Shown: in pieces, positions 38,609 to 51,530 of the stretch
Layout of the letters: every line of letters begins with the position of its first letter
Numbering within the stretch: the stretch's first letter is position 1
DNA from: Mobula hypostoma
Taxonomy: Eukaryota
Reading direction: 5' to 3'
Length of the DNA stretch: 64,000 nucleotides
NCBI RefSeq assembly: GCF_963921235.1
Contig: NC_086107.1
Location: 107,448,001 to 107,512,000, forward strand
The notes under the pieces: model-generated
Database searches by the model: none
Told to the model about the DNA's origin: nothing
The model's input: the letters and a program-made list of their open reading frames with translations, nothing else
Translations under genes and position numbers: made by a program

Positions 38609-39834
38609 CTAATGCAGTAGAAAATGATTGGGATTATGGTGACATTTAATTCTAACAAAGGGGAAGCCAACTCTCACTGTGGCTGGTGGTGTAGTGGCAT
38701 CAGCATCGGATTTCAAAGCGAGTTGTCCCAGGTTCGAATCGGTCCGGCCTCTTGCACGCTTTCCATCCGTGCTGGGTTGAGCATCAAGCCAGCAACTCAG
38801 CCTTATAAAAATTAATCAAATGCTATGGAAACAGCTACAAAGCGCGAAAAGGAACAACATCTCTTACAATGGGAGGAGGGAATCATGATAGAGGTGTACA
38901 AAGTTAGAAAGGCCATGGACACCATAGCAGTGTAGCAGATAGCACAACACTATCACAGTTTGGGACATCGGAGTTTAAAGTTCAATTCTGGCGTCCTCTG
39001 TAAGAACCTTGTGAGCTGCCTGGCGCTCCAGTTTCCTCCCACATTCCAGAGACACACCGGTTAGAAAGTTAATTGGTCATTGTAAATTGTCCTGTGAATA
39101 GGCTAGGGTTAAAATAGGTGGGTTGCTGGGTGGTGCAGCTCATTGAGCCAGAAGGCTATGCTGTATCTCTAAATAAAGTAAATATAAAATTAAAGTAAGA
39201 GTGCCTAAAACTAGAGAGGATGGAGAGATAAAAGGGGATCTGAGAGTGGCTGGAACCAGAAATGATTTGCCTGGGTGTGTGATGGAGGTAGGTATTTCAA
39301 CCTTTGAGAAGTATCTGGATACGGACTTGAACTCACAAGTCACAGAAATCCACCAAATACTGGTAAATAGGAAATTAAAGTCTACCCCTAGAGAGGTGGA
39401 AATGGGTCAGGCCGGCCAACAGGGCTCAGGTGAAGATGTACAGGCCAATCCACTGTACAGTGGATACAATGGATTACAGAAACATTGCTGAAGTCCAACC
39501 ATGCCATCAACTTCAGAGGACGATGGAGATGGGAGGTCATCAGTGGCCTATGTTCCATTGTGAGCTAAGGACCTAAGAGGTAGAAGAAGGATGAGTATAG
39601 ATGGGTTCCTGATGGTTTGCATGCAGAGTAAGCTAAAGAGCCTGCATAACTCAATAACTATATGATTTAATGATATTTTTGGATAGTTCAAAATCTGATT
39701 CAATGTCACATTAGCATTAGTCCATCTCACTAGATAAGTACACTGACTCTTTCATCAAATCCTTTCCCCAGATACGCTGACAATCCTATTGTAGTCATCC
39801 CTCCAGTACCTTGAGGCCCTTTGTTGGTCGATGC

Positions 39835-40282
39835 CAACCATGGATGCCCTTCTGCACACCACTGTTGTAACATTTGTTAACCTGAGTTACTATCACCTTC
39901 CTGTCGGCTTGAACCAGTCTAGCCATTCTCCTCTGACCTCTCTCATTAACAAAGCATTTTTTCCCACAGACTGCTGCTCACTTGATTTTATTTTTTTCTG
40001 TTTTCTACACCATTCTCTGTAAACTCTAGAGACTGGTGTACATGAAAATCCCAGGAGATCAGGATTTTCTGAGATACTCGAACCACCCCATCTGGCACCA
40101 ACAATCATTCCACAGTCAAAGTCACTTAAACCACATTTCTTCCCCTTTAGTCGAAACAACAACTGAACCTCTTGACCATGTCTTCATGCTTTTATGCATT
40201 GAGTTGATGCCACGTGATTGGCTGATTAGATATTTGCATTAATGAGCAGGTGTACATGTGTGCCTAATAAAGTGGCCACTGT
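39835..40282 (-). mobile_element. Tc1-derived non-autonomous element
   Basis: GKKCGLSDFDCGMIVGAR..SISE..DLLGFS..VSRVYREW. Confidence 0.8.
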
Positions 40283-42714
40283 GTGATGGTAAGGCACTGA
40301 ATAATGTAGAAACACCATAATATTCTGGGCCAGACATCTATAGATTGCTCATGCTAATGGGTCAAAGAGATAAGGTGATAAAGTAGAATAGCATCATTCA
40401 TCCCCAGAGGCACTGGACATTGGAAATAAAATCATAAAAATACTGGAACACTCAGCAGGTCAGACAGCATGTGTAGAAAGAGAAACAGAGTTAAATTTCA
40501 GGTCTGAAACTCAAGTGAGCCCACATTTGGAAAGGTTGGGTATCGGTCGAATCATGGCGGCAGGGTCCGGGCCCCAGAGGGGTCCAAGAGTGAGGAACGA
40601 CCCAATATTTGGATGATTTAAGTGCAAGGCCAGATTGAAAAGGTCAGGATGTTGGGACCCGAGGCAAGAGATGGGCTGGTTCTGCTCAGTTCTACTCACT
40701 GCTCCATGATGCTTACTCAGCTCTGTGTTGAACTGAGCCTGTGGCCTGCTCAGGAACAACCCAATATGTGGACAATTTAAGTGCCAAACCGGATTGAAAA
40801 AGTCGGGGTGTTGGACACCTGGTAAGAGATGGGCTGGTTCTGCTCAGCGAAAGACAAGCCGGTCTGCCTAGTCCTGCTCAGTTCTGTTCGCTGCTCCGTG
40901 ACATTTACTCTGCTCGGTGCTGAACTGAGCCTATGGCCTGCTTTGTCTGTTGTGATGCCTGGCTTCGTGTCTTTCATCGGACTTCAGCTCTGAAAACTAT
41001 TTGCTTACTTTATTATTTGCACGATTTTTTTCTTTCTACACTTTGGATATTTGACAGTCTTTTTTTCAATGGGTTCTTTTGGGGTTTCTTTGTTTTGTTA
41101 CTGCCTGTAAGGAGACAAATCTGAAGGTTGTGTAATGTTTAGATCCACTTGACCCAAAACAGGAGTGTGTGGGCCATGGCAGTCAAAGCTCAAACTGGGC
41201 ACGGCACCTGATGATGATGATGATAATGCATAGATACTCTGATAATACATGTACTTTGAACTTTGAATGCTGTTTTAGTCACCTTGTTATAGGAAAGATG
41301 TTGTCAAACTAGACAAGGTGCAGAAAAGGTGGAGGAGGGTGCTACCTGGATTAGAGGGTCTGAGTTATAGAGGGAGGCTGGCTATACTGTACTGGATATT
41401 TATTCCTTGGAGTGCAAGAGAATTAGGAGTTATCTCACTGAGGGATGGCGCTGTTGAGTAGCAGTTAGCATAATGCTTTACAGCGCTAGCAATGTTTGTT
41501 TGCATGTTCTCTCTGTGGATTTCCTCTGGGTGCTCCAGTTTCCTCCCACGTTCCAAAGACGTACAGATTAGTAGGTTTATTGGTCACATGCGGTATAATT
41601 GGATGGTGTGGGCATGTTGGGCTAGAAGGTCCTGTTAGCATGCTGTATCTCTAAACAAATAAACAAAAATAAATACATTTATAAAATCATGAGGGGTATG
41701 GATAACATTGGGTGGTGGGGTGGAAACACGTCTCTATTAAACGAGGTGTAAGGCACACCATCCCCCTGCTAACCTGTAGGGCACTCTTGGGCAAGGTGTA
41801 GCACCTGCTTAGTAACCCGCACTCTGATCAGGATGACGTGAAGATATGGGAGCAGGAAGTGGATGGTCATATGAGCGGCTAATGCATATCACAAGTCCTG
41901 TTTTTTTTTAAGCATGTCGCACCAGACGGTCAGCCATTCTTGTCTGGCTCGTGGTGTCAGGATTAACTGGGTCACAATATGAACGTTCCTGACTCGACCC
42001 TTGTATTTTTTTTTTACGAGGCCGAGTGGCTAGCTCGACACTCAACACGGAATGGATGGAAAGCATGCTTGGGGGTGGCCCGACTTGGATTCGAACTCGG
42101 GAGCCTTCGCTCTGGAGTCCGGCGCTGATCCCATTGAGCCACCAGCCAGCCAAAGTCCTGTTATGCAACCAGTAACCCAGTAACACCAGGCAGACAATCT
42201 CTGAAGACTATTGATAATAGCTGGGGGGTGGGGTTACCTGTCTTGTAAAGACTCTGCCCAGAAGAAGGCAATGGCAAACTACGTCTGCAGAAAAATTTGC
42301 CAAGAACTATCATGGTGATGGAGAGACCATGATTACCCATGTCTTATGACACGGCACATAATGAACAAATGGATAAGATGGGTGATCATCACACTCAAAC
42401 TGCTGGAGGAACTCAGCAGATCAGGAAGCATCTTTAGTCAGGGTCCTGCTGAAGGGTCGCGGCCCGAAACGTCAACTGTACTCTTTTCCATAGGTGCTGC
42501 CTGGCCTGCTGAGTTCCTCCAGCATTTTGTATGTGTTGCTTGGACTTCCTGCACCTGCAGATTTTCCCTTGTTTGAGATGGGTAATCATAGTTCTTTTAC
42601 CCAGCATCGGGAGTCCAAAGCTAAAGGGGAGAGCTTTAAAGAGACCTGAGAGGTAACTTCTTATACAAGGCATAGTGAGTACCTGGAATGAGACTAAGTG
42701 ATTGAGGGAAGTAT

Positions 42715-43430
42715 AATTGAATCAAATTGATTTTATTACTTATATCCCTCATATACATGAGGAGTAAAAATCCTTACGTTACGTCTCCATCTAAATGTGC
42801 AATGTGCAATTTATAGTAATTTATAATAAACAGTTTGTGCATCAGAGAAGGTGAGACCAAAAGATAACGAGTAAAGAATTGAATTGAATTGACTTTATTT
42901 CTTACATCCCTCATATACATGAAGGGTAAAAATCTTTATGTTACAGCTCTGTCTAAATGTGCAATGTGCAATTATAGTAATTTATAATAAATATTATGTA
43001 CAACAGGACAGTCTATATAACACAGAAGTACAATTGTATCAACATGAATTAATCAGTCTGATGGCCTAGTGGAAGAAGCTGTCCCGGAGCCTGTTGGTCC
43101 TGGCTTTTATGCTGCAGTACTGTTTCCCGGGTGGTAGCAGCTGGAACAGTTTGTGGTTGGGGTGACTCGAGTCCCCAACGATCCTTCGAGCCCTTTTTAC
43201 ACACCTGTCATTGTAAATGTCCTGAATAGTGGGAAGTTCACATCTACAGATGTGCTGGGCTGTCCGCACCACTCTCTGCAGAGTCCTGCGATTAAGGGAG
43301 GTACAGTTCCCATACTAGGCAGTGATGCAACCAGTCAGGATGCTCTCAGTTGTGCCCCTACAGAGAGTTCTTAGGATTTGGGGGCTCATACCAAACTTCT
43401 TCAACTCTCTGAGGTGAAAGAGTTGCTGTT
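42715..43430 (-). mobile_element. Two adjacent Rex1 3' ends (about 42715-42836 and 42878-43430) nested in a CR1 relic
   Basis: Repeated tail attgaa..tttatt.cttacatccctcatatacatga, same subfamily as 28290-29583. Confidence 0.8.
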
Positions 43431-44736
43431 GTTGCATCATTTGAGAGGTATTTGGATAGGTAAATGGAGGCAAAGGGCTTGGAGGGTTATGGGTTGCATG
43501 CAGGCTACTGGGAACTATCAAGGGGGATGCTGTAGTTGGCGTGAACCAGCATAGGAACAGGCTGAAGGGCCTGTTCCTAGGCTATACTACTCGATGACTG
43601 TAAGAGCAGGTGTGTTGCTAAGTGCTGATTTAGGCAGCGCACTCCAGGAAGTCACAGCATTAGGAAAGATACAGAGAATGATGTTGTTAAGGACTGAAGA
43701 TGGTTAAGTTTGAGACTAAGCTGGGGAGATTTTCTTTGGCAACAAGGAGTCTGAGCAAAGATTCGTTTGAGGGTCTCTGAATGAGGAAGGAAGGACATTC
43801 TCTTAAAAGGAAGAAACCTAGTTATCCTTAGAAAGAACCTAGTTTAGTACCTGAAGTAGCCAAGATTGGGTTGGATCACTTTTTTTTGGACAGCACAGGC
43901 ATGACTTTCTTGGATATTTCTAGTTTTGTGGTTCCAGTCTCTGGACAGCATTCGAATTCAGATTCAGATTCATTTCAAAGTACAAAGTAAATTTTATTAT
44001 CAAAGTACATATATGTCTCCATATACAACCCTGAGATTCATTTCCCTGCGGGCATACTCAGCAAATCTATAGAATAGTAACTATAACAAGATCAATTAAA
44101 GACCAACCAGAGTGCAGAAGACAACAAACTGTGCAAATGCAAATATAAATAAATAGCAATAAATAATGAGAACATGAGATAATGAGATAAAGAGTCCTTA
44201 AAGTGAGATCATTGGTTGTGGGAACATCTCAATGGATGGGAAAGTGAGTGGAGTTATCCCCTTTTGTTCAAGAGCCCGGTGGTTATGGGGTAGTAACTGT
44301 TCTTGAACCTGAGGCACCTATACATTCTACCTGATGATAGAAGCAAAAAAAGAGCATGTCCTGTGTGGTGGGGATCTTTGTTGATGGACGCTGCTTTCCT
44401 ACGACAGTGTTTCATGTAGATGTGCTCAATGGCAGGGAGGGCTTTGAATCCACTACCTTTTGAAATTGGTTGGGAGGGCTTTGAATCCACTACCTTTTGT
44501 AGGATTTATTTACCACATGTGCATCAACACATATAGTGAAATGCATCATTTGCATTAACAACCCAACACAACCAAATGATGTGCTGGGGGCAGCCCACAA
44601 GAGTCACCACAAATTCCGGTCCCAACATCACACGCCCACAATGCTTGGCCAGAACAACACAGAACACAGCAAGCAACAAAAAAACAGCAGCAAAACAAGT
44701 CCTGTTCCTCCCACCCACGCATCAATAAACACAGTC

Positions 44737-45225
44737 ATAGAACATAGAACATAGAAATCTACAGCATATTACAGGCCCTTTGGCCCACAATGTGCCAACC
44801 ATGTAATCTACTCTAGAAGCTGCCTAAGAATTTCCCTACCTCATAGCCCTCTATTTTTCTAAGCTCCATGTACCTACCTAAGAGGCTCTTAAAAGACACT
44901 ACTGTATCTGCTTCCACCACTGTCACTGGAAGTGTATTCCACGCACCCACCACTCTCTGTGTGAAAAACTTACCCCTGACATCCCCTCGGTACCTATCTC
45001 CAAGCACCTTAAAACTATGCCCCCTCGTGTTAGCCATTTCAGCCCTGGGAAAAAGACTCTATCTATCCACATGATCAATGCCCCCCATCATCTTATACAA
45101 CTCGATCAGGTCACCTCTCATTCTCCGTCGCTCCAAGGAGAAAAAGCCAAGTTCACTCAACCTATTCTCATAAAGCATGCTCCCCAATCCAGGCAACATC
45201 CTTGCAAATCTCCTCTGCACTCTCT
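44737..45225 (-). mobile_element. CR1 LINE 3' end
   Basis: TRGHSFKV..RGKFFTQRVVGAWNTLP and a (ttctatg)n tail. Confidence 0.88.
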
Positions 45226-48024
45226 ATCGTATCCACTATACATTGATTTTCAGTCCTCCAACCTCAGGACATTTTGACCTCCAGCAGACTTGTGGATTCG
45301 AGACATTGGGGTTCATCTTCCTCAGTGGATTTACAGAGACTCGCAGCCCCAGGTTTCTGTAGACTTCTGGGCCTCTTCAGTATCAGCCCCAGGACACACC
45401 GATTACGATGAATAGGGCCCCTCAGTACTAGGCCTCAAACTCCAGTTTCACTGACTTGCATACCTGGGGGGTCACTGTCCCTCAAGCCTTTGTCTCTTGT
45501 CCCCACTGGTCTGCCAGTCTGACATCCGACCATATATGTCCCACATCCGCATTGCCGGCCATTGAATGCAAAGCAGAGGCCTGGACTCTGGCCTGATCTT
45601 TAATTCCCCCATATCCCTGTCTCTAAACTCTAACTTGATCTCTAACTCCCCTCTCTGTCTCCAAAACCATCCCTATGAACCTTAAAAAAAAACAACTAAA
45701 AAAGCAATTTTAAAAAACAGACAGAGACCACAGCTTGGCACCATCTTGACCAGGACCTCTGTGCCCTGGATCATGGGAAGAATCAACCAGAATGCTTATT
45801 CCTGAATAAAATGCATTCCTTCACCTATCCACTCTTCTCACTGCTGTCATTAGAAAGAAGGTACAGGAGCCTCAGGACTCACATCACCAGTTTCAAGAAG
45901 AGTTACTACCCCTCAACCATCAGGCTCTTGAACCAAAGGGGATAATTTCATTGCACTTCACTTGCCCCATCACTGAAATGTTCTCACAATCAATGGATTC
46001 ACTTTCACGGACTCTTCATCTCATCTTCTCGATGTTTATTGCTTATTTATTTATTATTATTCTTTATTCTTTTTGCATATGCACTGTTTGTTGTCTTACC
46101 TACTCTGGTTGAACACCCTAGTTGGGTGGTCTTTCATTGATCCTGTTATAGTTACTATTCTATAGATTTGTTGAGTGTGAAACTGAATCTCAGGGTTGTA
46201 TATGGTGATATATATGTACTTTGATAATAAAAGTTACTTTGAACTTTGAAACACCAACACCTGGCAAGATCTGCTTTAAGTTGCACATCATCTGGACTTG
46301 GAGATGTAACATTGTTCCTCTGTTGTCACTTAGTTTAAATCCTGGAGCTCTCTCTCGAGCAGTACTGTGGGGAGTATCTTCACCGGAAATATTGCAGTGG
46401 GTTAAGAAGGTGACTCATTATCACTTTCTCAAAGATGTCTGAGAGATCAGCAATAGTTCCTGGCCCTGGCAGCAAGACCCAGATCCTGAAACCGATTAAG
46501 TAAAACCCAAAGTCAGATAGCTGAGATCTGACATGATCATCAATCTTCAAAAATTCAATCATCCCCCCCCCTCGCTTTCCTTCACCATTCCTCATTCCTG
46601 TTTCCCTCTTCTTATCCCCTTACCTGACCATCACTTGCCTCTGGTTGTCTTCCCCCTTCCTTTTCTTCCCTGGTTTTCTATCCTCTCCTAGATCAGATTT
46701 CTGATTCTCCAGCCCTTCATCTTTCACCAATCCACTTCCCAGATCTTTACTCTGGCCTCTCCCCCTCTCCCAGTTTCAGCTATCACCTACCACTTTGTAC
46801 TTCTTCCTTCCCTCCCCCCATCTTCTTACTCTGACTTCTCCCCTTCCTGTCCAGTCCTGAAGAACAAAACAGTCTCAGCCCAAAATGTCGACTGCTTACT
46901 CTTTTCCATGTAGATGCTGCCTGGCCTGCTGAGTTCCTCCAGCATTTTTTGTGTGTTGCTTTGGATTTCCAGCATCTGCAGATTTTCTTGTATTTCTAAG
47001 TTTCCTATCTGCTTCAGAAAACAAGGACTACTTACAGTAGGGAGGTATACCCCAGCAGTACTCAAAGTTCACCAGGAGGATAAGCAATCTGACATCTGCA
47101 TCCTCTCCTAGGCCAATGCCCACACCACCAAGGCTTCAATTACATTCAGTTGGCAGGCCATATCAATTGCACATCTGACACCAGACTCCCTACACAGGAC
47201 TCTATTCCAAGGTCAATCATAGCGAGAAATGACTAGGAGGACAGAGGAAATAATTCAACGATATTTTCAAAGCCTCGCCAAAGTGGAGAACCTCAAATCC
47301 CTCCATCAGGAACCAAAATCAGGTTTACTATATGTCGTGAACTTAGTTATTTTCTGACAGTGGTACGGTGGAATACATAACTACAAATTACAATAAAATT
47401 TATATATAAAATCATGCAAAAAGGCGGCAAAAAATAGTGAGGTAGGTAATGCCCATGGGTTCATGGTCTGTTCAGAAATCTGATGCTGCAGGAGATGAAA
47501 CTCACCCTAAAACATCAGACTCCTGTACCTCCTCCCTGATGGTAGTAGTGAAAGGAGGACATGTCCTGGTGGCCGGGATACTTCATGACAGAAGCTACCG
47601 TTTCGAGACACCTCCTTTTGAAGGTGTCCTTGATGCTCTGTGACTGGCACCCATGATGGAGCTGGCTGAGTTGACAACCCTCTGCAGCTTTTTTTGATCC
47701 TGTGCAGTGGCCCCTCCATACCAGACAGTAATGAGACCAGTGAGAATAGCACATCTGTGGAAATTAGATAGTGTCTTTAGTGACATTCCCAGATCTCCTC
47801 GGACTCCTAATGAAATACAGCTGGCATGCCTCCTTCATAATGCATCAATATGTTGGGCCCAGGATAGATCTTCAGAGATGTTGGCACCCAGGAACACACA
47901 GATGCCCAGTGAAAGTGGTGAAGGAGTACATCTTTATGGAATTGGTCAGCGTGCACTTGGCGTATTGTGAGCAGTTTTGAGCCCCTAGTCTATGAAAGAA
48001 CGCGCTGGCATTGGAGACGGTGAA

Positions 48025-48640
48025 ATTTCACTGCTCTCAGTTGGGTCTGCCCTACACCAGAGAAACCAAACACAGATTGGGTGACCCCTTTGCTGAACAC
48101 CTTGTTTAATCCACAGACGTAACCCTGAGTGTCTAGTTGCTTGCAATTTAGTTCTCTGCCCCACTCCCAGTATGAGCTTTCTGTCGTTGGTCTTCCATAT
48201 TGCCCGGCATGAGCTTGGAGAACATCATCTCAACTTCTCTCCCACCTGGCCCCTCTTTCTTTTTCCATTCCCTGTTCTACCTCCCCTCTTACCCTTTCTC
48301 TTCTCCTCACCTGCCTATTACCACCCACCCCTCTGGTGCGCCCTCTTCCTTCCCTTTCTTCCATGGTTCAATCTTCTATCCTATCAAATTCTTTCTTCTT
48401 CAGCCCTTTGCACTTCCACCCAGTTTCATCACCTCCCAGGTTCTCACTTCACCCCCCTCCCGACCTGCCTGCCTTCACCTATCACCTTCCAACTTGTACA
48501 CCTTCCCTTCCCCACCTTCTTAATCTGGCTTCTTCCCCCTTCCTTTTCAGCCCTGATGAAGGGTCTCAGGCCAAATCTTCAACTCTTTATTCCTCTCCAT
48601 AATGTGACCTGCTGAGTTCCCCCCCCCCCCAGCATTTTGC
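48025..48640 (+). mobile_element. Old Penelope-like element, GIY-YIG region to terminal repeat
   Basis: Decayed C...GL.Y..ETK.RLGD.FAEHL motif, then a pyrimidine tract and ctgatgaagggtctc. Confidence 0.7.
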
Positions 48641-49211
48641 ATCTGTCTGTACATCTGGGTATGTTGCAGCCTTTGGGGCAAAACCACATTTAATTTTTGC
48701 CAGCAAACCAACCGTCTCATCTCTCCACAAGTGTGCCTGTTTCTCTCAGTTTCAACCCGTTACTTTTTTCTCTTCTGTTTCTATCTGCCAGGCTTTAAAG
48801 GAATTGTTACCTTGACAACATCGGTCTGCACCCTATTACAGATATTTCCTCTTCTCTCCATCCCTCTCCGCCTCTGTAATTAAAAACAACCTCGCTTTCT
48901 CGCTTTTCTTGTTCCGATGAAGTGCCCTTGATCTGAAGCCTCCATTCTGCTTCTCTCCCAGCAGATGCTGCCTGACCTGCTGAGTGCTTCCGGCATTTTC
49001 CGAGCTCAATTTCAACGTTTGAGAAGTTTGGATAGGTACATGGATGGTAAGGATATGGAGGGCAATGATCCCAGTGCAGGTCAATGGGAGTAAGCAGTTT
49101 AGATGGTTTTGGCATGGACTAGATGGGCCGAAGGACCTGTTTCTGTGTACTTCTCTATGACTCTATAACAAAACTGTTGTAGATGATGATTTTCAAGGAG
49201 AGGTGAATTAC

Positions 49212-49351
49212 CAGTGATCTTCAGTGATAAAGAGTGAAGCATTTGTCATATTGATTGCAAAGAATTTAAGTTTCTTTAAGACTGTTGACCCTTTAATGAT
49301 TGCACTGTGTCTATAACTACTCTGGATTGCAACATTGCCTTGTAGGAAATT
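49212..49351 (-). CDS. Candidate exon NFLQGNVAIQSSYRHSAIIKGSTVLKKLKFFAINMTNASLFITEDH(W)
   Basis: Good acceptor ttctttctgtag|AAT and donor CACTG|gtaatt. 140 nt open in phase 0->2. Fits exon X downstream but not exon A upstream unless a further 2->0 exon exists, which I did not find. Confidence 0.3.
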
Positions 49352-49794
49352 CTACAGAAAGAACGCATCTGCCCTTGAACAAACACACTTGGTGCTTGGC
49401 TTCCTTGTTTCATGTATACAAGATCTGGACATTTCCAGCAGATATTATCAGCACTGACCCAGCTGGTGGCGTAGTGGCATCAGCGTTGGGACTTCGGGAC
49501 GAAAGGTCCCGGGTTCAAATCCAGCCGGCTCCCCTGCACGCTTTCCATCCGTGCTGGGTTACCAGCTGGTGATCTCCTTGGAAACTCACCCGGCAGAAGG
49601 CAATGGCAAACCACTCCTGTAACTTGCCTCGTACACGGTTCCCCACTACGTCAGAGAGGCGTGGAGGGAAATCGTCGATGTGATGTACCTTTCCTTTATT
49701 ATCAGCACACATGCACGATGGAAGCCATGGGTTCACATTTATTTGCTGCTACTCTCACTCCGAAATACAGGAATTCAGGTTAGATCGACCAGAT

Positions 49795-50538
49795 GCCCAG
49801 CATGTAAATGGATTACTGAAGAAAGTACGGCAGTGCCTCTACTTCCTTAGAAGATTTGGGAAGATTTGGGAAGATTTGGCAAGAGGTCTAAAACTTTGGT
49901 AAACTTCTATGGACACGTAGCGGAGAGTATATTGACTGACTGCCTCACAGCCTGGTATGGAAACACCAATGCCCTTGAATAGAAAATCCTACATAATTAG
50001 TGGATATGGCCCAGTCCATCACGGGTAAAGCCCTCCCAATCATTGAGCACATCAACACGAAGCACAGTTGCAGGAAAGCAGCATCCATCATCGGGGCGTC
50101 CACCTGCCAGGTCATGCTCTCTTCTTGCTGCTACCATCAGGAAGAAGGTACAGGAGATTCAGGACTCACATCACCAGGTTCAGGAATAGTTACTACCTCC
50201 CCAACCATCCAGCTCTTGAACCAAAGGAGATAACTGCTCTCAAATTCATCATTGAAAATGTTCCCACAACCAATGGACTCACTTTCAAGGACTCTTCATC
50301 TCATTCTCAATATTTATTGTTTATTTATTTATTTATTATTATTTCTTTCTTTCTGTGTTTGCACAGTTTGTGTCTTTTGCACACTGGTTGCACAGCCAGA
50401 TTGGTGTGGTATTTCATTGATTCTATTATGGTAATTATTCTGTTATAGATTTATTGGGTATGCCTGTAAGAAAATGAATCTCAGGTTTCTATACGGTGAT
50501 ATATATGTACTTTGATAATAAATTTACTTTGAACTTTG
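49795..50538 (+). mobile_element. Rex1/Babar LINE 3' portion
   Basis: KKVRQCLYFLRRF, AWYGNT, HALF.LLPSGRRY and a tttgaac tail. Confidence 0.88.
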
Positions 50539-50675
50539 GTTTCCCTGGCAACCATACATTTTGCTTCCATGTATTTGCTTTTGTCTAGGTACTTAAACAT
50601 AGTAATTTAACCCTTTCATTTTCTTGGGGGTCATTTGACTCTACTCCACCAGCCCACGTTATTCTTCTGTAAATA

Positions 50676-50870
50676 GGTTCTGGGCTCAAGTCCCTTTTCA
50701 GCAAACTGTGGGCAAGAGTTTGAACTAACGCTCTGGAGCAGCACTGAGGGAGTGCTGCTTTGTAGAAGGAGCCACCTTCTGATGAGATGTTAAACAGATG
50801 TCAATCTTCAGCTCTCGTATTCCATCTGATGAGGAGTGAAGGAGTCCCTCCATTATCTTGGCGATCCAAG
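50676..50870 (+). mobile_element. Deu-domain SINE relic (SacSINE1/AmnSINE1-like)
   Basis: cagcactgagggagtgctg...gaaggagccaccttctgatgagatgttaaac resembles the Deu-SINE central region (recalled). Confidence 0.6.
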
Positions 50871-51467
50871 AAACTGCAGATGCTGGAAAATGGAGCAACG
50901 AACCATCTGCTGAAAAAAAGCTCAGCAGCTCAGGCAGCGTCTGTGGATTGGAGGGTTCCGACCAGAAGCGTAGACATTTTCTTTCCCCTCCAGATGCTGT
51001 TCAACATACTTGGTTCCTCCAGCTTCTTATGTGTTGCTTCAGCTTCCAGCATTTCGATTTTGCTACTCCACTGTGATGGCCCTCCAAGGGCATGCCCACC
51101 TTGAAGAAGTATTTCTCCTCTCTTACTGTGAGAGCCTCCCTCTGTGATTCCCGCTGCTATTCGACCACGTGCTCACTCAGACTCACTACTACAACCTCAT
51201 GTCTGTCCTTGATACTTGCCCCTTCTCTCCTCTGTCTGCCAACCACCCTTTCTCACCTGGATCCACCTATCACTTCTCAGCTCTGGCTGCACCTCTTCCC
51301 CTCACTTCTTTATACTGGCTGTCTCTTCCTTTCCCTTTTGGTCCAGGTGAAGGGTCTCGATCCAAAGTGCTGACTATCTACTTCCCTCCACGGGTAGATG
51401 CTGCCTGACCCACCGAGTTCTTACAGTTTCTTTGCTGTTCTTACATTGATTGCTTGACATACATTAC

Positions 51468-51530
51468 CTAAGCAGATGGATCTGGGTAAGCATCACATTC
51501 CCGCTTGTCTCAAACTGGTTCCTGTGTTTC
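51468..51530 (-). CDS. Weak candidate extra exon of the same gene: (R)KHRNQFETSGNVMLTQIHLL(R)
   Basis: Donor TTAG|gtaatg. 63 nt, phase 2->2, fits between exons A and X. Needs the third AG of ttgcagagcag. QIHL recalls BRINP QICL. Confidence 0.25.

Noticed and set aside
38679..38760. tRNA-like sequence with A and B boxes (also about 49460, 42080-42150, 6050-6120)
   Set aside because: These are heads of tRNA-derived SINEs that run into repeat bodies; no intact cloverleaf.
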